Assembly: GCF_001447785.1 (NCBI RefSeq)
Contig: NW_015175364.1
Coordinates: forward strand, 957,340 to 1,021,339
DNA: 64,000 bases
Direction of reading: 5' to 3'
Source: Gekko japonicus
Lineage: Eukaryota
Under the pieces are notes generated by a model. It did no database searches, was not told where the DNA came from, and was given only the letters and a program-made list of their open reading frames with translations. The translations under genes were made by a program, and so were the position numbers. This document shows, in pieces, positions 12,273-25,541 of the stretch; positions within the stretch are counted from its first letter, which is position 1, and each line of letters starts with the position of its first letter.

Positions 12273-14695
12273 TATTTTCTGGTTTGTGAACCGGACTCAG
12301 AAATCTGGCAGCAATTTTGTTCATCAGCACTGGAGGCAAACTGAAGGGGTTCTCATGTATTCAACCCCTGCAACCCATTCCTGTCCTGATTCTATCTGTA
12401 CGGCTTCCACTATTGTGGCATGAGAGATGCAATCTATACTGTAAAGACTAGTGAGGTCACTTCATGCGAGGCCGACTTACAGAGATATTCTCCTTTCTTG
12501 TTCCCAACAGAACCTCAGTGTTTACACTGGGACTGTACTGGTAGCAGTGTTGCGAGAGCTTGCTGAGACGCGAGAGCATTATTCCTGGACAAAAAGTTTT
12601 GCGTGAAATGCTCTCTCTGCATTTTATTTTTGGTTAAGAAGTAAACAAAAGCTCCAAAACTGGAGAGAAAAAAACAGCTTACATCCTTTTAGAGCACAGA
12701 GGACATATGACTGAAAACAGGGAAACATTCCAAACATGTTATTGCCAACAGTTCCTTATATGTTTCTTGATTCTCAGCATGCAGAATTTTGCATTGAATT
12801 TAGCACAGAATCTGATGCCTTCTCAAGAAATTCATTTTAAAAAAAATTCTAGCTATCATAATTGTAAAGATGTACTTGAAAACCCAACTGCGGTGGCTAC
12901 AAAGACTTCTTTTTTACAGACCATGCTGATACATATGTATGTACCGGGGGCGGGGAAAGAAGTACCTTGTTCCTTTAGAGTCAGGGACAGCAAACCTTAA
13001 GGCAACCCAGTGGCAATATAGCTTGCTTCTGCAATGGTGCAAATAGATGTAGGCTTGGATCAGATGTAAAGCCAAATCATGGTTTGGTGCTATGTGAATG
13101 AATGTGCCTTGGTTTTGCATGCTCTCCCCTCCTACCATCCTCTTGCACTACTATTCCCTCTCTCACTTCCCACTTTGAAACAAACTACAGTTTGCAATTA
13201 CATCTGAACCACTCAGCAGTGGCTTATATTTACTCTGCACCCTATGGCCAAACCAGGGTTTGCCATTATAATTGACAGGGCAAAGATATAAAAACTATTC
13301 ATGACCAAAAGCATTTTACTATGTAAACACACCGCTGAATCCAGCTGAATGCAACATCCTCCAAAATCCTGTAATTTTCATTTCATAAGTACTTTTAAGC
13401 AATCATTCACTGACTCCCTTGCGCACATTGAATGGTGCATTTTAGAATGTGATGAATACTGAGATGCGCATATAGGCTTATCAGTTCTTGAAACAAAATC
13501 AATTTATGCACACAGCAGTTCATTATAATTTTTAAATTTAAAGCAAAAAAAACCCCCACTGATTCCTTCCTAGTGTGCCAGACAATTATTTGATTTCTTT
13601 TAATTCTATGTACTTTTACAAAAGATCTCTGTTACTGCATGTGGAACACTGAATACCTACAAGCTTAATCCAGTCACCTTAGGTATCTGGTTTACAGAGT
13701 GACTAATGAGATCCTTGGATTCCTTGTGCTGCTTGTGCCAATTTTCTGCAGTGCCACAGAGAACAAACCACCTTTATAATTACTCTAGATCAACCGTATT
13801 GTCATGAAATCAAATTTCGGGAGTATTTGATGCACAGCAGGCTCTGTTAAGACACTCTCATTCAAATTGCTGCCAGCATGATGCCTTTCACCGCTAGCTG
13901 TTCCTTGATGGAATTTAATAAATATTCATTGGCAGAATGCAATGTAATTGATTCAGCTGCTTTCATTTTTTATCTGCTCTGCAGGAGACCACAGACTTCT
14001 ACAGAAAACCTCCAAGACATGCCAAAGGTTGACAGTTAGAGGCTTTTGTGATTCACTTGGGGAAGACAGAAGGAGCAGGCAATACCTTATCGGTGTCTAA
14101 TTCCCATTGTCACAAAGCAGAGTTTTTTTATAACCAGCATGCATTTGTGAGAAATGGAACATTCTAGATGCGTAGCCTCAGGTTAAAGACTTTGACAGAA
14201 AGGAGGCTTGTATTCACACATTGGTCATTTTAACACTAAAACAATAATTTCTCTAAAAAATCAGAATGCCATTCATTTGTGGGGAGTGAATGGCACTGGG
14301 CATTACTTGCAAGTGAAAAAGGTAAATAAAAGATAAAAGACAGCATTACTAAAACAAGAGTTTGCTGGCACAGGGAAACACTTTTGATGCTAGATATTAC
14401 CAGAAGCATCCAGGTTGAGATCCCAAACATAACAGTTTTTCCCCAACTACCAGCTTGTTTACTCCATCAGTCAAAACCCACCCATCTGTGGTTTTAACCC
14501 TTTGTGCAATACTCCCACTAGCCTCTTATTTACGGCAGTTATGCTTGACCAAAACCAAGCTGAACAACTGAGATCAGGTGGTGGAAGAGTGGCTCATGGG
14601 TTCACCTGGGCAAAGAGTTAGCAGCAAATGCTGCCAGGTATGGACCACACTACACAGAAAACTTTCCACTGCTTATTTCCAGGTCTTCTACTTAC

Positions 14696-14800
14696 TGGAA
14701 CACCAGTAAAGGTAACTGGGGGTGACTGCCAAGAGATGCTAAAGCTATTTCCATTGGGTGTGAACTTGGTTGACCCTGGAATGTTCACCGGAGGTGTCGC
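14696..14800 (-). CDS. ZNF704: ZNF704 coding exon
   Basis: aaacag|GCG...CCA|gtaag; 105 bp; [35 protein letters not shown]. Confidence 0.96.
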
Positions 14801-17213
14801 CTGTTTAAAAAGAAAATACACAAATTAAGAAGGAATGACTTTCTTCTACCAAAAAAAATTATTTTGTACTCAAATGTGATAAAACAGCCTCAAGATCAGA
14901 AAGAGATTGTCCTGAACTAGTGTTCTAGCTTTCACTGAGAGATACAAGGAAGAAACAATGCCAAATGAAAGCAGAGAAAGAGTTGCAGACTCTATAATTT
15001 GTGGAAATAAAGGATTTACTAAGACTCAGAGATCCAATAAAGTATATTTAATAGCTCAACAAGCAGCACTTAGGAGTAATACAATTAAGACTTGAAAAAA
15101 TAGTTATCTGTTAGTTTCTGCCAGAAACTATTATGGAACATGAAAAATACACCAAGCAAGAGCAAGCACATTGCATTTTCTGTTGCTATAATCACAGTGA
15201 AACATGTAAAAGAAGTTTCAGATCTCAAGCTGTGTTAATAACCTTAGGAATTATCCAGAAACTGCAAGGCAAAAAGTAGCGGTAAGGAAAAAAGCAACAA
15301 CAACCCACAAACAAGGAACAGAGTACAGAGCTCTTTCAGAGTATAGTTGCAATTACTGAAAAGCTGGAGCTTAATTTAAATAATTATTATCACCACAGTA
15401 GTTCTCTTATCACTCTGGTAGTCTAGACTTCCAGGCTAGCAGGTGCATATCTTTCTTGTACAAGACTAACATGGGAAGGCAACATTGGTTGATCCCCTCA
15501 CCTTTTGTGGGAGAAAAAAACAGTACAGAGATCTTTTATGAGGAGAGGTCAAATATATACTTTAAGCCTTTCAGTAAGGTTTCTGCAATGAATAAGGCCA
15601 AAAGGATCTAGTCAAGGATCTCTTGTCATAGCATCCTAGCAAACTGTGGCAATGTGAAAAATTATGTGGTCTCTAGAGGTTGATTTCTTTTTGTTTGCGG
15701 GCTCTACTGAGATGTCAATTCAACTCATTAAAAAACATTTGTTCAGGATGGGCATGAGTCTTGCTTCTTTTTGTGCTTATGTGCTCCCTCCCTCCTTCTC
15801 CTACATGTGCAAATCATGATCGATGGCTTCACAGGTTGAGAAGTCTTCAATGTAACTGTAGATTGTTTGGACTTGGAGTTCATTGTTTTTCCATAAACTT
15901 GGTTTCTAAATCAGGATTAAATGGGAGTTTAGAAACCCAGTACATGGAAATAAATTTGCTCCAATTTGTCCAGGTGCCCACATTCAGACACTGCAAAGCG
16001 CTGGAGTTAAGATGAAGATGTCTGAAACTAGTACTCTTCAAATGTATTCCTCACGGAAGGGGAGGAGGGAAGAAGCACGATGACAATGTAGGGTCATGTC
16101 CCAAACAAACCTCTGTCAGAATGCAACAGCAGCAGCTTTGTCATGCAACTCCTCCACAAAACAGAATGACTACAGAGTCTCCTCCAACATAATGGAGGAG
16201 AAATGAGCTGTGCTAACACAGAGGAAAATATTCTTCTGAAGTTTCTCCTGTTTTTGCAGGGCAGACTTTTTCTTAAGCAACTTTTCTAAATCAATGATGA
16301 AAAATCCTGCCTGCACTCTGCATATCCACAAAAATCCCCAAGAAATCTACATGAAAGCCATAAGCATATACATAAGGAGCTTTTAGATTCTGTAGAACAG
16401 GGCAAATCTGAAGGCTCCCAAGCATAGAATACATTGAATGGAAATGGAAAAGTTCATCTAGTAAAATAAAACTAGCGTATCAAAGCAGATCATGGTCACC
16501 AATAACTGAAAACCTGTATTGGTCTGCAGATCATACTGGGAAATAAAACTTGAATGAAAAGTCAACACAGCATTAGGTGTGGTTGAAAGTTACACGGATA
16601 CTTTTCTGCACTAACAAGAAATTACTAAAAGTCAGTTGAAGGGTCAGGAAATAAGTAGAAGGAGGAATGACAGGGCAAGAAGTGAATCGCAGTTAGAAAA
16701 GAAGAGGATAACCCTGATTTCCCTGGAACTGATGTCATTCCTTGTATCTTGTAATCCAATTTTTCCTTTTTATTTTCCATCTGTCAAGTCCTGCCACTGG
16801 ATTCAACAGCTTGGATCCTGAGTTTTGTTTCCATTTGCACAACAATCTTTTTCAATGTGGAGGTCAACCTGTGATGCGGAACATCCTCCTCAGGTGCTAG
16901 GTGCTTCTGTGTATGCGAAACCAATGTTTTTCAACAAGCTGAAAAGCCCTTAGCCCCAGAAGAACATAGTCCACAGTGGCAGATTGCCTCTGCAGTGGGT
17001 GAAGAGGGGCACCAGCAGAAACAAGGCTTAGGATCCAAGCTATCATCATTTACTCTCCCATCCCCAACAAACTTGATCTCAATAGATACATAATCCATTC
17101 CAAAGAATCTTCCAGAGCTTTGTGTTGAACTGAAATACTTACTGCACTGTGTTCATGCCTGTATGTGATCATATTTGCCTCTTGTGGGTCAAAGTCTCTT
17201 GCACTCATTTTAC

Positions 17214-17475
17214 CTGATAAGCATGATCTGTGTGAACGAGGTAGAGATTTGTGGGAGCTGAACGGCTCAGAGGTGTCATCCCTTTAGTGTCCGTTTTGGC
17301 ACAAGACAATTCACTTTTGCTCACATCTTGGGTTGGAAAAGAAGGAGGAGATGCTAGAGATGGGGAGACGGGAGACAGACTACTTAATCCATCAGCCACT
17401 GAGTCAGTATTTAGACGTATCTCTGTGTAGTAAAAATCTTCCTCTCCATCACTGTAGTCAGATTCTCCTACTCGC
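17214..17475 (-). CDS. ZNF704: ZNF704 coding exon
   Basis: tttag|G CGA...CAG|gtaaa; 262 bp; [38 protein letters not shown]...[19 protein letters not shown]. Confidence 0.97.
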
Positions 17476-17604
17476 CTAAATCAAGTGAAGACCAAGAAGT
17501 TACTTGTACAAGACTAAATGTGTTAGAATACGGTAGAACTGTTCCAATTTTTATGCCAGAATACAGGTACATGGTCTAGGCTAGGATCTTACTCCCATTT
17601 ACTG

Positions 17605-17812
17605 TTTTATCTATTTAGAGATTTATACCCTGCTTTAACCACCCACAGGGACCCAAAGCAGCTTACAACACTGTTCTCTCCTCCTCCATTTTATCCTCAC
17701 AACCACCACCCTATGAGGTAGTTTAGGCTGAAAGTGACTGGCCCAAGATCACACAGTGGGCTTCCAAGACAGAATTTGGGTCTCTAAGATTCCAGTCTAA
17801 CACTCTAACCAT
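17605..17812 (-). mobile_element. Squam3-like tRNA SINE
   Basis: ctccattttatcctcacaac...gactggcccaag...ctaacactctaacca core shared with several copies in the window. Confidence 0.75.
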
Positions 17813-18254
17813 GAGTTGTTACATAAGGACAGATATTTGTAAAATGCAGAAGTTGCTATTACATCTGTGCAACACAAGGCATGATAATTCCATGGACTTC
17901 AGTTGTAGAAAATTTTATGATCTACTGTGCCATGGGCATTAGGAATTATGATGCAGCTAAGAAGAATGGGTTGCCACCTCACATGACATGTCACTTTCTT
18001 GAGTCACTAGAACTGCTTGTTGAACAATTTCTGAATCTGTTTATAGGATTTATCAAAATCTCCATCCAGTCTGTGAAATAAAAATGGGAAAATCTGAAAC
18101 TGAGATACTACACCAGTAGTCTGATCCTAAGCATGCTTACTTATATGTAAATCTCAATGAAATCACTGGGATTTACTTCTAAGTAAACACAGTTGAAAAA
18201 GCATGGAAGGAATTCTCTTTATAGTGTAGTGAAAAAGAATGACAGTCTTCTTAC

Positions 18255-18355
18255 CCAAGGTGAATGGTCCGGATGTGTTTTTGAATGCCAACAGCTGTGC
18301 CTAGTACCTTTCCACAATTTTTCCAAAGACATTTGAACATCACCTTCATGGAATT
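18255..18355 (-). CDS. ZNF704: ZNF704 coding exon, C2H2 zinc finger
   Basis: ctcag|AAT...CTT GG|gtaag; 101 bp; [34 protein letters not shown] (C-x4-C-x12-H-x4-H). Not shown in frame by the ORF track. Confidence 0.97.
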
Positions 18356-19444
18356 CTGAGTAATTCAACGAAAGAGTATAAACATTAATTTGTTCACACA
18401 TGTTTTACTTCTATGGACTGCTAATTAGGTGGTATTCAGAGTAAATCCAAGTTAAGGTCCAAATCCAGGGGCATTTAAAAGTTATGTTGATATTACAGGG
18501 CTTGGATCCTAAAGAAAATTTAGAAGAGGGGAATTATCATCAATTCTACCTACCGCTGCAAACCTTAAGACTCCCTACTGATGCTGTTCCTGGGAGTTCC
18601 CCTGTTCCCATGGAGAAACATTTTAGGGATCATTTTGGGATGCAGGGAAAAGGACACAAGGAAGTCTCGTTTTGTTAATGCAAACCCTTTTCTCAGTGGA
18701 GATTTATTGCAGAATCCAAGACCTTTTTTGTAAGCCTGCTAAAATAATGGGAAAATAAAACTACTGAACTGAATGTGCATTGTTGTGACAAGCAGTATTT
18801 GATTTCCCTAGTGTTCTAGGAGAACTACATGTCTACATGGGTGAGAAAGTCTAAAATATTGGGCATTTTCCATCATTTTATCTAAGGGGAAACATTTCAC
18901 ATGTGCATTTACAACACTCACACACACACAGTGTTTGTGTACAAACCTCATGAATGTATAGACTGGTGCTGGTGGAATGTAACCATTCTACACAGTTTTA
19001 TTCTGATTCCCAGAAAACAATGGTATGTGAATATTTCATTTATTTGTTTTAAAAAGCCTGAAGGCTACTGAAATGAAACATGAAATTAAAGTATACTGAC
19101 ACGAATGACATAACTGGGCTCAAAATGCACATCTACGAAGAGGCAGCTTTTTCAAAACTATTAAAGTAATAATTTATTTTAATACATAAATAATTTAAGT
19201 TCTTGGGCTGGGAGAAAGAGAATCTCGAGCTCCTTGGGATCAAACAGGATAAAAATCCAAAGAAATGCTTGGAAACTGGTATGGGAAATACAGCATTATT
19301 CATCATTAACCTGCTAAAAAAACCAGCCATCTAAAAAGTTGTCTATATTTTTAGGAGCCATTCTATTTGTTCAGCAGTTTGAAAAACCATCTTGCCAGAC
19401 CTGGTGGCAACACCCCTTCCCACAAATGTCCTTAATAAAGTGCA

Positions 19445-19790
19445 AGATTCGAGTCCAGCAGCACCTTCAGGACCAACAAGATCTCCAGGGTGTACGCTTT
19501 TGTGAGTCAAAGCTCCCTTTGGCAGGTACATGTAAGGAATGGAGACCCCCCCCCCCCGACCCCTCCTATCCCACACCAGAACGTGGGAGGACTGTTGCAA
19601 AGAAGGGAATCAGGATGCAACACTCCCCCCACCCCTCGCCTTCTGATGGGGGCAGAAGAGTTCAGAGGTCTCCATTCCTACTTGTACCTGACAAAGGGAG
19701 CTTTGACTCTTGGGAGTTTACGCCCCGAAAACCTTGCTGGCTTTCATGGAGCGAATGGACCATACATCTTGCTCTTGTACTGCAGGCTGA
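19445..19790. mobile_element. Penelope-like element, inverted terminal pair
   Basis: gagtcaaagctccctttggcaggtaca (19504-19530) is the reverse complement of tgtacctgacaaagggagctttgactc (19683-19709). Confidence 0.6.
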
Positions 19791-19967
19791 CATGGCTCCT
19801 CACCTGAAACTATCTTAATAAAGTGGGTGCCACCTAGCAATAAGAGCGCCTGTGTCACTTTCAGAATAAAAGAAGACGGACATTTGAACAAGTCCTAAAG
19901 ATAGCGGTGTCAGTCTGCAGCCAAGACCATGAACAGTCTCGTGGTACCTGAAAGACAAACTTAATCT

Positions 19968-22900
19968 CTCACGCCCAGCTCAACTGTTTAGAACAATTCG
20001 GACTTTGACAGATTTGCCACAGGGCAAACCCAATGTTAGGGAATTGGATATTGGCTGTGAGGCTTTTGCGAGCTATTTTGCAGATAAGGTTTTGTCGCTC
20101 CGCCGCGATCTCCCTGCCACAGTTGAGACAGTAAGCGAACTCAAGGCTCCATGCACGTCTTCTAGTCCAATTCTGGATTATTTCAGTCCACTCAGCCTAG
20201 AGGAAGTCGACAGATTGCTCTTGATGTGCTCTTGATGGTATGCCCAACCATGTGCAGCCTTGATCCGTGCCCTTCATGACTAATTAAAGCTGGCCGTGAG
20301 GGGTTCCGAGATGCCCTCAGGGATATTATTAAGAAGTCCCTCTCTGAGGGACTGTTCCCGGAGGCACTCAAGGAAGCAATGGTCCGTTCTCTCTTGAAAA
20401 AGCCAACTCTGGATCCGGCCAAATTGGCAAACTATCAGCCGGTTTCCAATTTGCCCTATTTGGGCAAATGAATTGAGAGGGTGGTGGTGATACAGTTGCA
20501 GAGCTTTATGGATGACACTTCCATGCTAGACTTGTTTCAGTCCAGCTTCTGCCTGGGCCAAGGGACAGAGATGGCACTGGTCGCCCTCACAGATGATGTC
20601 CGGAGGCATCTGGATCAGGGCGGGACAGCAGTGCTGTTGTTGTTGGACCTGTCGGCTGCATTCAACACAGTCGACCATCAACTACTGATCCACCGTGTCG
20701 CCAACATGGGGGTACAGGGCTTGCCTTGCAATGGCTTGTCTCATTTCTCCATGGTTGGGGACGAAGGGTGGCACTTGGGGATCAGATGTCCCGAAGGCAC
20801 CGGCTTATTTGCGGAGTGCCCCAAGGGGCAGTGCTCTCCCCGATGTTATTCAACATCTACATGCGCCCCCTTGCCCAGATTGCCCGGAGGCATGGACTTG
20901 GGTGTCACCAATATGCGGAAGACACCCAGCTGCATCTGCTGTTGGGCGGCCAGTCCAACTCTACCCCGGAAGATCTGGACTGAGTGCTGCAGGATGTGGC
21001 TGGCTAGCTTAGACTGAGTCGACTGAAACTGAATCCGACGAAGACGGAGGTCCTTTTTTAAAAAAACAACAACACATTTTTAATCGCTTTTTCTATACTA
21101 CAAACCTTCAGGGTCAGGGGAAGGCAACAACCTAAAACTACAAGTAGCAAGGATCATTAATACATAAGTTTAAAGTAGTCGATATTTCCCTATTACCCAA
21201 ATAGTAATACATGAGAGTTGATACTGTAAAAGAATAAAAGTATAAAGCAAGCAACCACAATCATACTTGGCTCATGTGTGTGCTTCTTAGCTTTGAGATT
21301 ATTAGTTAATAATAAACAGACTGTCAAAGTTACTCTATTTTGCTTATTTCTTTCCTCTCCACTTCTTATCAAAATCCAGTCTAACTTTTAAGGGCTTAGG
21401 AGCAGCAGCCCCTAATTCTGCTTCAAAATCTGAGGATTCTGCCGAGCTGCTTGAGGTATTGACAGAGCTTTCCCCTTTTTACCTTCTTCTTTTTCTGCAT
21501 ATTTGTTATCCTCTGCTTTCTCAGATCCATCTCTCGCTTTCTGTTGTTGCTCCAGGAATATTTTCACTTTAAGAACACAGTCAATCTTTTCTTTTTCCCA
21601 TTGTAGTTGAAGATAAGGCCTTCCGGTATTATCCATCTGTATGGAGTGGTATGATTTTGCAAAAACTGCTAAGTCTCTGTACTGTCTCCTTCTTTTCCTG
21701 GAACGTCTTTTAAAACTTTGATTTGTTCTCCTTTGATTTTCAAGACAATTCCATTTGTCGCTTTCAAAATTGAGTCTTTTGTTGACCTTTTTGAGAATTT
21801 CGCATATACTTCCTCGGGTAGCTTTTTTAAAAATATAAATTCTGGATATGTACGATACACCAGATCAATATTGCTTTGTATCACTTCCGCTATTAAGCCT
21901 ATCACAGGAGCCAGCTCTTCACTTAAAATCTCTTTCAGGTTCTCTCCTTTCTGCTCCGGAATGTTTTGAAATCTCAGGACATATGCTGATTTTTCCATTT
22001 GAAGAAGTAGTAATAGTTGACTCTCAGAGATTTTTTCTTTTTCCACTACCTCCAGTCTTTGTCCATACTCTTTGAACTTAACGTCAACTTTTTTCAGCTT
22101 CTTGGCTAACGTCTCTGTTCTTGCTGAAGTTTCTTTAAGCTCCTTTTACAGTATACCAAACTTGTCATTAAGGTTGGTTGTCTGGTCCAGTAGAGGGCGC
22201 AAAGCTGCAGAAATCATTTTAGGAAAGTCTATGGTTTAGTGACCAGAGACAATGTGCTGGCAGTTCCTGTTGTAAATTTCGATTTTGCTGCCATTCTTTC
22301 TGCTCGCTGCAACATTGTTTACAGTCAGCTAAAAGTTTTAAGAAGTCTTTGAAGGTCTGTTAATTAAACGCTTTCTTGCTACTCAGTCAAAATCCGCTCC
22401 CTTCAAGTCGCCTTCTCGGTCCCCACTTTTAACTCAGTCTTTTCAGGATTAGGGATTCCCCTCCCCCTTCCACTTGTTTGGGGCTTTGGTGCAGCTTTAC
22501 TATCAGCGTTTAGGTGGTTGTTCGCTAAATCATGGGTTCACTCCCATTTTTACTTGTGTTTGTTTAGAGTGTAGAGAAGATTGTTTCTTTCGAATCACTT
22601 GTGTGCTCGGACCGGTATGTGCCTCTAGATGCCATTGCTGGCTCCATGCCACGAGGACCTATCAGGGCAAAAAGGAGCCTCAATCCCTTAGCTTCTGCCT
22701 CGGGAGAGGCACCTCACGTGCCCCTGGCTGCGCCCCCCTGCAAGGGGTTGTGGGGGTCCAAGACCAACTCAGACCACTCCCCATCGGCACGTTTGCAGGC
22801 CGCTCACATCAGAGCTGCGATGGAGCGCACCTGCCTGCAAGTCGCCAAAACCCGGAAGTCTGGAGGTCCTGTGCCTGAGTCAGAGTGGACCGGGGGTAGG

Positions 22901-23018
22901 AATCCCATTGCCAGCCTTCGATGGGGCATCACTGGTCCCAGCGCTGAGGGTCAGGAGTCTGGGAGTGCTCCTGGATACCGCCTTAATGATGGAGGCCCAG
23001 GTAGCAGCTACTGTCAAG
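19968..23018 (+). mobile_element. Decayed L2 LINE ORF2, interrupted at 21054/22862 by a half-L1
   Basis: RT motifs LLLLDLSAAFNTVDH, GVPQGAVLSPMLFNIY and YAEDTQL with frameshifts. KTEVL|CLS continues across the insertion, colinear with the L2 at 58750-60027. Confidence 0.9.
21055..22861 (-). mobile_element. ORF1-only L1-derived element (HAL1-like), apparently full length
   Basis: 9-bp TSD ggaggtcct (21046-21054 and 22862-22870); 5' end AGACTTCCGG; disrupted ORF1 ~22315-21412 with coiled coil and LRFQNIPE...IDLVYR...IKVLKDVP; ~350 bp 3' UTR, ATTAAA and short A-tail; no ORF2. Confidence 0.8.
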
Positions 23019-23785
23019 CTAGGTTCCCTTTAAGCTGCACCAAGCTGTGCTAGCGCACCGATTTCCCCTGGCCAGAGTAGCAATTTTTACTACAGCGCAG
23101 GGGCGAGAGGTTCCCTTTCCAATGGCCATGCAGCATGGATCCATTTGCTCAGGCAGCACAGAAAAACAGCAGTATGCTTTGTGTTTCCTAATCTGGGCTG
23201 GCCCCGCCTCCCCTCAGCTGCAGCTTGCTTATCCTGTGAAAGGGGGCGCTGCTGCCCTCCCTGGCAGTCCTCTGCCTTGTGCTCCTGGAGATACCCTGGC
23301 CCAGAAGGAGGACTGCTCTGTTGCCCAGCTTCTGCCCTTCCTGAGGTGAACTGCCTGGTTGTTTGTTTTGTCTTGGCGTGGGGAGCCGGGCTCAGCAGCC
23401 TGCTAGAGGCGATCTGGTGGCTTCTGGTGCTTTGCGAAGTGACTCGCTGTGCACATAAGCCTGCAAAGTTAGTTGGAAAAGGTGCAGGGGGGAGCCGGGC
23501 TCAGCAGCCTGCTAGAGATGATCTGGTGGCTTCTGGTGCTTTGTGAAGTGACTCTCTGTGCCCTTAAGTCTGAGTGGTTAAGTAATACAAATATGTTTCA
23601 TATAAATATAAATAAGTTTAATATAAATATGTGGCTCGTAATACAAATGATAATTGTTTGTATGTTTGTACACTTTAGTAATTTTTTTTAATGTCGGCCC
23701 GCTCACAGTTTTAACGCTAGGACCACTTTTGGCTCACAGGGTAAAATTTCTGCTCACGAGACTGCACACCTTAAAGGGAACATTG
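23019..23785. mobile_element. Non-autonomous hAT-like DNA transposon with an internal ~110-bp-period duplication
   Basis: TIRs ctaggttccctttaag and cttaaagggaacattg (14/16 match); direct repeat gggagccgggctcagcagcc... at 23381 and ~23490. Confidence 0.7.
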
Positions 23786-24264
23786 GTAATGGGCCTTAGA
23801 TATTTAAAATAACATTGAAAAAATAAGCTGTGCAACAGCTTATAGGCCAGTGTTTTGCCCTCATATTATTTATTAACAAGCCTATATTTTAAATATTAAT
23901 AAAAATATCTCTAGTATTTTACAAGTGCCACAACTTTTGCGGACATGCAGCAGCAGCAAAGCAATGTAGTAGCTTCAGTTTGGAAGTCTTCATGAGAAAC
24001 CATGCAGTAGCAAAAATATTAACAGCAACAGCATTTGGGCTTTTGAGATCCCAGTTTAAAAAAACAGATGACAGTCTGGGCTTCTTGAACTTCGATTCTA
24101 TTACCTTTATTATTACCAGTGCTGTCAAGAAAACATACTATTTAGGGTAATTCCAATCCGCCTTCTGACCTGCTTTTCAAATTGAAACTGCATCAAACAC
24201 CATGATGGCTTATGAACTGAGTGAATTTTTATCTCACCTTATGCCATACTCCATAGTTCAATCC

Positions 24265-24632
24265 TTCCCCCTCCTGCGGGACCTTTTACAGTTCCGCAGG
24301 GCCTGTAAAACGGAGCTCTTCCACCAAGCCTTCGACTGGGAGCCGCCACTAATAACATCAATTACATTAGTAACATCAACTAACATTAACTGAACTGGAG
24401 AATATGAACGAACTATGCTGAATGCCGACGGGGGCCATTTTTTGGGAACATCTATCATGGCCACCGGGTTGTTATTGTCACCAGCACTTTATTTTCATTT
24501 TATTCTATTTTATTGTTGAGCTATGCTTGTCATGTTTGTGTTTTAATGTGGTTTCAACCCGTATTGTAAGCCGCCCTGAGCCTGCCTGTGGCGGGGAGGG
24601 CGGGATAAAAATTGCATAAAATAAATAAACAA
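24265..24632 (+). mobile_element. L2 3' end
   Basis: LRDLLQFRRACKTELFHQAF is identical to the 58750 ORF end; gtaagccgccctgagcc...aaataaataaa tail. Confidence 0.85.
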
Positions 24633-24789
24633 ATGAACCACAGCCCACTTGCACCTGACAAAGTAGGTTCTGGCTTACAACACTTGAGTAAATTTGTTAG
24701 TCTCTAAGGCACTATAAGACTCTCTGTAAACTTGAAACAAGTTTTCTTTTCTCTGGCCAGCTATTTAGTGTGCCTCAATTAAGATCTGG

Positions 24790-25038
24790 TAATGCTGTCA
24801 GCCTCCAGGTGGGACCTGGGGATACCCTGCAATTACAGCTCATCTCCAGATGACAGAGATCAGTTCCTCTGGAGAAAATGGATGCTGTCGAGTGTGGACT
24901 CTATGGCATTGTATCCCACTCAGGTTGTTGTCCTCCCCAGACTCCACTCCCAAATCTCCAGAAGTTTCCCAACCTGGATCTGACAACTCTACCCCCACAT
25001 CCCTCACTAGTGGCCAAGAGGGACCTGGCAGCCTTACT
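24790..25038. mobile_element. Old MITE-like repeat (gttgcca...tggcaacc type)
   Basis: cagcctccaggtgggacctgg...ctggagaaaatggatgct...ggacctggcagcctta, recognised squamate repeat pattern. Confidence 0.5.
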
Positions 25039-25541
25039 AGTTGGTCATCTGTGAACTAGAAGGTAATAGGTTTATCTTGAGCAAGAGAAGTCTGACAGGG
25101 TAAACTGAGCTAGTTTGGAAATATGTAATTAAACCAAAGGGTACATAGTAATGGCTTCTGAGTACTACAATGAAGCTATAATGTTTCAGGGTCCAATGAT
25201 AAAGACTACCCAAATGAGGAATGTTTTAAAACAATTGTAATATGAACAGCAACTAAAACATCTTGTACACCAATCTCTGAGACTTGTTCTAGAATTAAGG
25301 CCATGAGACCTTAAGGGCAAGCCCACAAATCACCCATTACTTTAACACTGTAACATAAGGGAAAATCTCTACATTGTAAACTATATTACTGCAGAAGCAA
25401 TGGACTTTCAGGCAATAAAGGCACACCCAATATTTAGGAATAACACTGCATATATACAAGAGAAAATAAAGCAGTTTGGTTTTTGGTTTGGTTAAAGAGA
25501 CCCCCAAAGGTTGTCACCTATAAAACTTGATACATGCTCAC

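Noticed and set aside
19339-19818. 159-aa ORF, and similar 130-154 aa ORFs at 22601, 30962, 49940, 53869 and 55458
   Set aside because: They cross repeat boundaries or lack recognisable motifs and splice context, consistent with chance ORFs.
19826-19840. Second CTCF motif (gtgccacctagca)
   Set aside because: Only a partial match, lacking the CC at the 5' end of the core.
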